In this document: in pieces, positions 1 to 7,070 of the stretch
Numbering within the stretch: the first letter of the stretch is position 1
How the letters are laid out: every line of letters starts with the position of its first letter
Assembly: GCA_014729195.1 (NCBI GenBank)
Contig: WJKI01000013.1
Coordinates: 1-48,724 of the forward strand
Length of the DNA: 48,724 nt
Direction of reading: 5' to 3'
Source: Candidatus Woesearchaeota archaeon
GTDB lineage: Archaea; Nanobdellota; Nanobdellia; Woesearchaeales; ARS49
Translations under genes and position numbers: made by a program
The notes under the pieces: model-generated
The model's database searches: none
The model's input: the letters and a program-made list of their open reading frames with translations, nothing else
What the model was told of the DNA's origin: nothing

Positions 1-618
1 TGGCTTAGAAGCAATAGCCAATAAATCGATATCATGCACGGTTTCTTTCATTCGCCTAAGAGAACCAGCAATTTCAATCCTTTGTGTTTTTTTCTTTAAT
101 TTACCCTTCAATTCCTGTGCAATCGGCAAAATATTTCCAAGCAAAGGCCGTTCCTTGCGTTTTGAAACCAATCCAATGCCTTCAAGAATATCCTGTTCAG
201 TCTTTTCACCAAAACCTTCCAGTTTTCTAATCTTTCCTTTTTTGACAGCTTTTTTCAAATCACCAATAGACTTAATCTTAAGCTTCTTATACAATTTCTG
301 AGCTTTCTTAGGGCCCATTCCTGGAATGGAAATAATCTCTTCAAAACCTGCAGGAACATCTTTCTTAAGCTTGGCATATTCTTTAATTTTTCCTTTTTTA
401 ATAAATTCTTCAATCTTCTTGGCCAAACTCTCGCCAACACCAGAAATCTCTTCCAGAGCATCCAAACCGCCTTTTTTGTAAACCGTCTTGACATCCTGTG
501 ACAAGGCTCTTATTGCCCGCGCAGCTTTTCTGTATGCCGCAGGCTTCCATTTAACCTCCTTAACCTCAAAAATATCCGCCATTTCCTCAAAAATATCCGC
601 TATTTGGGAGTTAATCAT
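1..618 (-). CDS. polX: DNA polymerase X family (Pol beta-like), N-terminal part; the rest of the gene lies beyond the window start
   Basis: Not in the ORF track because it is open at the window edge. My translation from ATG at 618-616 reads MINSQIADIFEEMADIFEVKEVKWKPAAYRKAARAI... It has HhH motifs GVGESLAKKI and IPGMGPKKAQKL and the nucleotidyltransferase motif IAGSLRRMKETVHDIDLL. Track ORF 255..494 is an out-of-frame shadow. Confidence 0.8.
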   Translation of the reverse strand, partial: MINSQIADIFEEMADIFEVKEVKWKPAAYRKAARAIRALSQDVKTVYKKGGLDALEEISGVGESLAKKIEEFIKKGKIKEYAKLKKDVPAGFEEIISIPGMGPKKAQKLYKKLKIKSIGDLKKAVKKGKIRKLEGFGEKTEQDILEGIGLVSKRKERPLLGNILPIAQELKGKLKKKTQRIEIAGSLRRMKETVHDIDLLAIASKP

Positions 619-736
619 TAAAACACACCTTTTTAAATATGTTTTACACTATATTATCTATATATAAACCTTACTTAAAAAAAGCAAAATTTATAAACTC
701 AATATAATATAGGGAAGATATTAGGAGGTGATTTAC

Positions 737-1576
737 TTGAAAAAAATAATGATTTTAGCAAGCATACTAACAGTTCTTTTTTTAGTAGGATGCATTCCAC
801 CAGAAGAAATAGAAACACCATGCAAAAAGCCATACACAAAAATAGGAGAAAAATGTTGTATGGACTTAAATGAAAATAAAATATGTGATTCTGATGAACA
901 ACCATTCCAGCCAGAAGAAAAACCTGTTTCTGGAACTGATTTAATGCAGAAATACCAAGATGCCCTCATGGCTGCCGGCGGTTATTCCTATAAATACGAC
1001 GAAGACACATACAAAGTCAATGAACCAATGGTAAAAAGAGAATTAGTACAACTAACCAAAATTCCTGTAGATGAACCAGTAGGGCCAAAAAAGATAACAA
1101 TGCCTTATGCTGATGCAGTATACTTTGACACTGCTGAGAAAAAAGCAGTTGCATATTGTGAAGGATTAGATGACACTTCTGAAAGAATGTGCGCAGGATT
1201 TGAACTATGGGACATAGAAATACCTGTAGATTATGACAAATATTATGCAAAAACACCAACAGACTGGCTTAATCAATTTGCAGACAAAGAGCCATCTGAA
1301 ATAAAGGAAAATTACAGATATGAAGTATCAGGTGTAGAAGTAACAGGACTGGTATTTGTAGAGGAAGGAAAAACAATAATACTGGATATTGATCCTAAAA
1401 CAGGAATAGTATGGAGAGTAACAATTGATGAAGACGGATATGTTGAAGAATACCAGTATTCAGACGTAAAAACTGGAATTGGCGAAGTAATGCACGTATC
1501 CAAAGAAAAACCAGAAAAGCCAGTACTCTCTGAAACAGGAGAACCAGCAGTTCCTGATGCTGCAAATACAGAATAA
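737..1576 (+). CDS. secreted lipoprotein-like protein, paralog A
   Basis: The track ORF starts at GTG 728. I prefer TTG 737, which lies 5 nt after AGGAGGTGA (723-731) and gives the signal peptide MKKIMILASILTVLFLVGC with an LVGC lipobox. It shares the CKKP..(I/V)..KCC.DL.EN.ICD module and a C-terminal TP(T/E)DWL domain with the next gene. Confidence 0.7.
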   Translation: MKKIMILASILTVLFLVGCIPPEEIETPCKKPYTKIGEKCCMDLNENKICDSDEQPFQPEEKPVSGTDLMQKYQDALMAAGGYSYKYDEDTYKVNEPMVKRELVQLTKIPVDEPVGPKKITMPYADAVYFDTAEKKAVAYCEGLDDTSERMCAGFELWDIEIPVDYDKYYAKTPTDWLNQFADKEPSEIKENYRYEVSGVEVTGLVFVEEGKTIILDIDPKTGIVWRVTIDEDGYVEEYQYSDVKTGIGEVMHVSKEKPEKPVLSETGEPAVPDAANTE

Positions 1577-1582
1577 AAATTA

Positions 1583-1597
1583 TTTTTTTTATTTTTT
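1583..1597 (+). terminator. oligo-T tract after paralog A
   Basis: T8 and T6 runs sit directly after the stop codon. Archaeal RNAP terminates at oligo(dT). Confidence 0.4.
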
Positions 1598-1644
1598 AAA
1601 ACATTACGGGGGGATAGAAAATCAATAAAAAAATATTATTCAGT

Positions 1645-2604
1645 ATGTTTATTCTAGCTTTATTGCTGGTGGGATGCTCTGCAGAGAATTTGTGCAAAAA
1701 ACCAATGGTCCAAATAAAGGATAAATGTTGTGTTGATTTAGATGAAAATCAAATTTGTGATATCGAAGAAACAAAAGAAATGGAAAAACCAGAAGTTCAG
1801 GAAACAAAAAATACAGAATCGGAAACAGTAGAAGAAGAGATTCCTGAAGAAAAACCTGTAATCACAGTCGAATCCAAAACAACAAAAACAGAAATCACTG
1901 AAAAACCAAAAGAAGAACCAACAAACCAAATAACAGGAGAAGCAACTGCAGAAGAACCAATAGTAAAAGTAGAAAAATCCGAAGAAAAAATGTCTGATAC
2001 AGAAACATATCAATTTATTGAAATGTACGAAGCTAATGATTTAGGATATCAATACATCTATAATCATAACTGGCATAGAATGAAAGATAATAAAATAAAA
2101 ATAGAACTTAGTGCAACCAAAAAGTTCTACAATGTACGGATAGAAGGAAAGAAATATCCTGTTTTTCACATTGACAGAATATACATCGATCGAAATAAGC
2201 AGGAAGCAACAGGATACTGTGAAAAAGATGTAAACTGCTTTGCAGAAGAATTAACCGATATTCCATTAAAATTAGATTACGCAGAGTTTAATGAAAAAAC
2301 ACCTGAAGACTGGCTTTATGAATATGGTGAAAAACAACCAGATCTATTTGAAGAACGCAAATACTACTTAAAAAGTCAATTAACCACGCGGGCTATATAC
2401 CAAACCGCGACCGGCGAAATCCGATTGTATTACGATCCAAAAATAGGCCTGCCCCTGCGAATAGAAGAAAAGATAGAGGATCATCCTACAAAAATAACAG
2501 AATATTTTGAATTAACTGCAGGAACAGTCCGGGATGTTGATGTAATACATAGAAATCGCGATGAGATACCGCCAGAAGATGTGTTTTACACAACACGATC
2601 ATAA
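1645..2604 (+). CDS. secreted lipoprotein-like protein, paralog B; the true start is possibly upstream at 1621
   Basis: Has an LLLVGC lipobox and the same Cys module as paralog A (CKKPMVQIKDKCCVDLDENQICD). It also has a Glu/Lys/Thr-rich linker and a C-terminal domain with CEKDVNC and TPEDWL, like paralog A. Confidence 0.7.
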   Translation: MFILALLLVGCSAENLCKKPMVQIKDKCCVDLDENQICDIEETKEMEKPEVQETKNTESETVEEEIPEEKPVITVESKTTKTEITEKPKEEPTNQITGEATAEEPIVKVEKSEEKMSDTETYQFIEMYEANDLGYQYIYNHNWHRMKDNKIKIELSATKKFYNVRIEGKKYPVFHIDRIYIDRNKQEATGYCEKDVNCFAEELTDIPLKLDYAEFNEKTPEDWLYEYGEKQPDLFEERKYYLKSQLTTRAIYQTATGEIRLYYDPKIGLPLRIEEKIEDHPTKITEYFELTAGTVRDVDVIHRNRDEIPPEDVFYTTRS

Positions 2605-2626
2605 AAAAAAGAGGGGGGAATAAAAA

Positions 2627-3619
2627 ATGAAAAAAACAATTTTGTTTTTGGTTATCTTAGTATTGCTAAGCTCAACAGCAGCAGCAATATACCAAGAGCC
2701 AGCAAAAATAGAAAATGTTCCGTCAAGAAACATATTAATCAAAACAGTGCAGACAACAGACGGAATAACAAGACAATTTACTACAGGCGGAGCAATAATC
2801 CGCACAGAGCGCGAAGCATGGAGTCCAGCAGGAACTGATGAAACACCTGAAGACAGCAGATATGCAATACCTTATTCCCGCAGACAAAGCTTTGCTGCAG
2901 GAATGGAATACGGAACACAAGCACATGCCGCAGCAATTACATCACAAAAAGACATGAATAGATGGGAAATATTTCGAAGAACAACACCATCTGTTCTGGC
3001 CCGGCAACCCCAAGCAAGAAAAGAAACATCACACTATTTTGAGAAAAAAGAAGAAAATGCAGATATTCCGGCACGTGAACAAAGAGGGATACTACAGCCA
3101 GTAACAATCCCAAAAAACCAAGACACAGAAGGATTCATGAGAATAAATCGTGCAGGAGAAAAAAGACAAATAACAGGCAACACAGTACTTCCAGGAGAAG
3201 AATCAAAATATGAACCAGCATTTGAAGGAAAATATCCTCCATTAATGCCTGGAGAAGCAAGACCATATAATCCCGAAGAAAGCGGATTTACAGATGATTA
3301 CTTATACACCCAAAAAAGAATGAAAATGTCAAAACAGCCAGGAAACTGGATAAGAACAGGAGCAGCAGTAACAACACCGCCAGAATTAATCCAATCACCT
3401 AAAGGAAGCAATCCTTATGCAATAGGCGGAGCAGGAAAAACAGTAACTGCGGGGCAAGCAGTGTCCAGAGGAGAAAAACCATTAACTGCAAGAGAAAATC
3501 CATATGCTCTTGGAGGAACAGGAAAACCTCTTACTGCAGGCCAGGCAGAGATTGATGCAGAATTACGAAGACGGCAATCACGTGCGCAAAGTATACTTGC
3601 ACAGATGCAGTACAGATAA
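2627..3619 (+). CDS. secreted Arg/Gln/Pro/Thr-rich repeat protein
   Basis: SD GAGGGGGGA lies upstream. Signal peptide is MKKTILFLVILVLLSSTAAA. A tandem repeat NPYAIGGAGKTVTAGQA / NPYALGGTGKPLTAGQA sits near the C-terminus. Confidence 0.6.
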   Translation: MKKTILFLVILVLLSSTAAAIYQEPAKIENVPSRNILIKTVQTTDGITRQFTTGGAIIRTEREAWSPAGTDETPEDSRYAIPYSRRQSFAAGMEYGTQAHAAAITSQKDMNRWEIFRRTTPSVLARQPQARKETSHYFEKKEENADIPAREQRGILQPVTIPKNQDTEGFMRINRAGEKRQITGNTVLPGEESKYEPAFEGKYPPLMPGEARPYNPEESGFTDDYLYTQKRMKMSKQPGNWIRTGAAVTTPPELIQSPKGSNPYAIGGAGKTVTAGQAVSRGEKPLTARENPYALGGTGKPLTAGQAEIDAELRRRQSRAQSILAQMQYR

Positions 3620-3623
3620 ATTA

Positions 3624-3643
3624 TTTTTTTTATCTTATTTTTT
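3624..3643 (+). terminator. oligo-T tracts after 2627..3619
   Basis: T-runs follow the stop codon directly. Confidence 0.4.
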
Positions 3644-3687
3644 AAAACACAAAACATATAAATGAGACTTGATTTTTGGAAGATAAT

Positions 3688-4176
3688 ATGGGAAAAAACG
3701 ATTTTGACAGAGAACTAGGAACTTACCTATCCCGCAGAAAAAAAGCAGAAATACCGGATATTATCAAATGGGTAAAAAGCTTTGTTCCCAAGCCCACGCC
3801 ACCGCCTGTTAAAGTACAACTGCCAGAGGATGTGCAAACGTATGAAGAAGAAAAACCTGCAGCAAAACCAAAAGTACAGGAAGTGCAATTAGAAGAATAT
3901 CCTTCTGAGAAACAAAATGTATTATCATTTGTTCTTGACAAACTAAATAAAATAGGATTATTAGCGAAAAAACCAAAAGTGAGCGAGGAAGAACAAGAGA
4001 TTCAAATAAAACAAATCGTTGCCAAAGAAATGGTACAAAAAGACCTGCGTGAACTATCAAAAATAGCGCTGATTGCCATAAAAAAACTGCCAGATGAAGA
4101 CAGAAAAGAATTCAAAGAATCTGCAGAATTCGATGCGCTCAAAAAAATTCTCAAAAAACACGATCTTATAAAATGA
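3688..4176 (+). CDS. hypothetical Lys/Glu/Pro-rich protein
   Basis: Long ORF. I prefer ATG 3688 over the track TTG 3676. Its stop overlaps the next start (ATGA at 4173-4176). Confidence 0.5.
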   Translation: MGKNDFDRELGTYLSRRKKAEIPDIIKWVKSFVPKPTPPPVKVQLPEDVQTYEEEKPAAKPKVQEVQLEEYPSEKQNVLSFVLDKLNKIGLLAKKPKVSEEEQEIQIKQIVAKEMVQKDLRELSKIALIAIKKLPDEDRKEFKESAEFDALKKILKKHDLIK

Positions 4177-4379
4177 ATAAATTCTTTCTATTGATTCTTT
4201 TTTTGATTTTTTTAACTGCATGCCAATGCATTTCTGACGAACCAGTATGCGGAGCAAATCAAAAAACATATGCCAATAAATGTGTTGCTGCGATTGTAGG
4301 GATAGATTCTGTTCGTGGCGAATGCACGCCAGCTCCTGAAGATTCAAACTGCGGATGTTCTGCTCGAGCTTTTAAATAA
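4173..4379 (+). CDS. small lipoprotein with a Kazal-like domain
   Basis: Signal peptide with LTAC lipobox, followed by EPVCGANQKTYANKC...GEC. This matches the Kazal core P(V/L)CG-x3-K-TY-x-N-x-C. Confidence 0.5.
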   Translation: MNKFFLLILFLIFLTACQCISDEPVCGANQKTYANKCVAAIVGIDSVRGECTPAPEDSNCGCSARAFK

Positions 4380-4874
4380 ACCAAATTTAGAACCAGGGTA
4401 TTGTTTTTCCAATTTATCCAAAATTTTTCCCATTTTTGTTTTTTTAACACTCCCTTTTAGTTTTAATATTTTCTTTAATGTTATTATTTCTTCATCAGAA
4501 ACTGTTCTTAGCAAATGAACTTCTTTTGATTGAGTATATGGTTTATTGGTAAATAATGATTCCAGAAATGATTCAATTTCGTAATCCAGATTTGCTGAAG
4601 TTACTATTTTGTCATATTCGCCGGTTTTAATAGATTTAATATGAATATCTAAAGGAATATCTTTTTTGATGCTATCAAGAAAATATCTGCAAATAGCAGC
4701 TTTGACAGATTTGTCATTTATGAGCAAAATATGGTCATTTGGAGCAAAAATCTTGTTAGTTGTTAAGTCTTTTCTCACTCTTTTCTCTATTGTTCGCAGA
4801 AAACACTTGTTACACATAGGACCCAGGTGCTTAAGACCTGTAGTTCCTGAATTTTGACATTTTATGCATTTCAT
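4344..4874 (-). CDS. TtuA/NcsA (Ctu1)-like protein, shortened and lacking the PP-loop
   Basis: N-terminal CxxC...CxxC finger followed by FLRTIEKRVRK. Family-like blocks are present (DKIVTSANLDYEIESFLESLF, LEKQYPGSKF). The SGGKDS position reads INDKSV. Confidence 0.6.
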   Translation of the reverse strand: MKCIKCQNSGTTGLKHLGPMCNKCFLRTIEKRVRKDLTTNKIFAPNDHILLINDKSVKAAICRYFLDSIKKDIPLDIHIKSIKTGEYDKIVTSANLDYEIESFLESLFTNKPYTQSKEVHLLRTVSDEEIITLKKILKLKGSVKKTKMGKILDKLEKQYPGSKFGLFKSSSRTSAV

Positions 4875-5166
4875 TCTTAGTAAAGGGACCTAGTGTTTTG
4901 AGCTAGTTCCCAATCTCTCTTCCTTTACTAATCTGTCATCCTTTTCTATATCCTTTATTAGAAGGAAAAGGACGACATGTTCATAACCTATATTATATAG
5001 TAGTTGTTATACTATATATAAAGGTGGGGGTTACACAGACAAATCCTGCTTCACTACTCCGGAGTAGAGATAAACCGAAAGCTTTATATATAAGTTATAC
5101 TATATATTACACAACAGGGCTGGTGGTAGAAGAATTTTTACCATATTACCAAAATTTTCAATATCT

Positions 5167-5214
5167 ATCACCTCTTTTTCCTGCGCAGATCTCTTAGGGG
5201 ATCTGTGCGGGTTT
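5167..5214 (+). ncRNA. candidate small RNA, unit 1: anti-SD-like 5' tail plus 14-bp hairpin plus U-tract
   Basis: ATCACCTCTTTTTCC is followed by the stem CCTGCGCAGATCTC/GGGATCTGTGCGGG (loop TTAG) and then TTT. The wobble pairs are G-T on the + strand only. A TATA-like CCATATTACC lies at 5141-5150. Confidence 0.35.
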
Positions 5215-5240
5215 ATATTCAAATCTTATGAAATTTTAAA

Positions 5241-5291
5241 ATCACCTCTTTTTCCCTCGCAGACTCCTTCGGGGGTTTGCGCAGGGTTTTT
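5241..5291 (+). ncRNA. candidate small RNA, unit 2: anti-SD-like 5' tail plus 14-bp hairpin plus U-tract
   Basis: ATCACCTCTTTTTCC is followed by the stem CCCTCGCAGACTCC/GGGGTTTG(C)GCAGGG with a TTCG tetraloop and then TTTTT. A TATA-like GTTTATATTC lies at 5211-5220. The stem shows compensatory changes relative to unit 1. Confidence 0.35.
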
Positions 5292-5306
5292 ATAACACAA
5301 TAGAAT

Positions 5307-7037
5307 CTACTTCTTACCCTTAAACCTGCTTGCAGGAAGAACAATAACAAGAATAAAAATACCAATAAAAATTCCAGTTAAGAACGCAAACAATGACTCC
5401 TTGTCAACAGACCAAGAAGGCGTTTTTGCTCTAGTAAAATAAATATCCAAAGTGGAAAACTCCAAAGCATATTCTGAAAATAACAAAGAAGCATAATGAT
5501 CAGTATTTTTCAAACTCTTTGCATATTCATAATAAGAATAACCAATCATAGGAAAAACATCCTTTTTATACGACTTAAACAATGCAAAACGTGCAATATC
5601 CAATTTTAAATCTATATACTCCTGAACCCTATCCTTAGAAACACCAACAGCACTTAAAATAACATCAATCTCAGACTTTGCCTTAGCTGCCTTGAATAAA
5701 CACATAACATAATCATGGTTATTCATCTCAGTATACGCATCATCCAACTCATTCCTTGTCTGAGAAAGATCTGCCTTGAGAAAAGACTTGACATAGTTAT
5801 ATCTTTCCTCTGCTTCAGAAATCTTGCTTGTGCAGGATTCTTTTAATTTTTCCTGATTAATATGAAATCTCTTGCCTTCTAAACCAAAAAACTTGGCCCA
5901 GGCAACACTAGAATAATACCTCTCCTCAGCATAAGCCAAAATATTTGAAGCATCAGTAGAATCAGCAGTATTCTCTGCCTTTGTTAAAGTATGTCCTGCT
6001 TCAGATAATCTCTCCTTGACAGCCATAAATGCTTGCAAATCAGAAATAGTATCAATAGAAGAATTAGAAACAGCAGAATCCAATTTGTCAATTTTTTCTC
6101 TGATAGTCTTAACAGCATCTTTAATCTCTTCTTTAGAATACTCTTTTAAAGAAAAATATTCCCTTTTTAACATAACATTAGACCTAAAACAAAAACTCGC
6201 AGCAGAATAAAAATCATTATTATTATACGCGGATTTCCCCTTTTTTGTGAATTCTATTGCAGAATTCTCATTATTAGAAGACTTTTTGCCCCTGGTTTTT
6301 CTCAAATCAACCAATAAATTTTGAATATCCTCATTTCTCTTGCATAAATCCAAAGCAACAGCCTTCATAGTATAAACATACTTAGGATCCAAAACAATAG
6401 ACTCATTAGAATGGATAACAGTAGTATTAGTAAAATATTCAAAAGCCTCCTCCAAAGTAGCAACTTCAACAACATCAATATCTACAGACTTGCCTAAGGC
6501 AACCAAGTCAATAGTCTTGCCGTCAGATACGTAATGTCTGCTTCCCTTAGGAATCAAAACCAAAGAAATATTCTTCTTAGCTGCGCCTTTTATTTTATAA
6601 TCAATACCGCCGACCAAGCCGATAACTCCGCCGGAATTAATAGTGCCGGTAATGGCAACATCCTTTCTAACAGGAAAACCCTTAACCAAAGCAGCAGCTA
6701 ACACAGCACTTGCTGCACCAGCACTTGGCCCCCCAACAATGCCCGGCATGGCTGAAATAGTATAAAAAAAATCCTTACCAGAACAATCAGCATCAAATTC
6801 AGAACAAGCAATCTGCTGGGCAAACCGCATACTAACCTGAGTCGCAATCTTTGTCAAAGGAAAAGTTTCCAAAAAAACCCTTTCTTTCCCTGGTTTTAAT
6901 TCCAATGACAAATCAACAACTACCCCTCTTTTACCTCCAGATTCGGTTAGCGCCAATAGTTTAATAGTATCTTTCTCAGCCAAAACACAAGGAGTGAAAA
7001 GCACTAATAATAGTATTAATATCAAGCTCTTTTTCAT
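5307..7037 (-). CDS. exported, C-terminally membrane-anchored Lon-like (S16) serine protease domain protein
   Basis: Signal peptide MKKSLILILLLVLFTPCVLA. Lon proteolytic-domain motifs are GGPSAGAA (Ser) and GGIDYKIKGAAKK (Lys). A long helical region follows, and there is a terminal TM helix FLTGIFIGIFILVIVL. Confidence 0.75.
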   Translation of the reverse strand: MKKSLILILLLVLFTPCVLAEKDTIKLLALTESGGKRGVVVDLSLELKPGKERVFLETFPLTKIATQVSMRFAQQIACSEFDADCSGKDFFYTISAMPGIVGGPSAGAASAVLAAALVKGFPVRKDVAITGTINSGGVIGLVGGIDYKIKGAAKKNISLVLIPKGSRHYVSDGKTIDLVALGKSVDIDVVEVATLEEAFEYFTNTTVIHSNESIVLDPKYVYTMKAVALDLCKRNEDIQNLLVDLRKTRGKKSSNNENSAIEFTKKGKSAYNNNDFYSAASFCFRSNVMLKREYFSLKEYSKEEIKDAVKTIREKIDKLDSAVSNSSIDTISDLQAFMAVKERLSEAGHTLTKAENTADSTDASNILAYAEERYYSSVAWAKFFGLEGKRFHINQEKLKESCTSKISEAEERYNYVKSFLKADLSQTRNELDDAYTEMNNHDYVMCLFKAAKAKSEIDVILSAVGVSKDRVQEYIDLKLDIARFALFKSYKKDVFPMIGYSYYEYAKSLKNTDHYASLLFSEYALEFSTLDIYFTRAKTPSWSVDKESLFAFLTGIFIGIFILVIVLPASRFKGKK

Positions 7038-7070
7038 ATACAGAATATTTGAAGAATTAGTATATATAGT

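Noticed and set aside
255-494. Track ORF of 79 aa on the - strand
   Set aside because: It is out of frame with the clear Pol X reading frame that spans 1..618 on the same strand.
5160-5260. Minus-strand reading of the two repeat units as RBSs (AAAAAGAGGTGAT) for small ORFs
   Set aside because: Downstream of the putative RBSs there are only a 7-codon TTG ORF and a 2-codon ATT ORF, which are not conserved between the units. The hairpins carry A-C mismatches on that strand but G-U pairs on the + strand.
5167-5291. CRISPR array
   Set aside because: There are only two units. The conserved part is a tail plus hairpin with divergent stems, not identical repeats separated by unique spacers. No cas genes are present.
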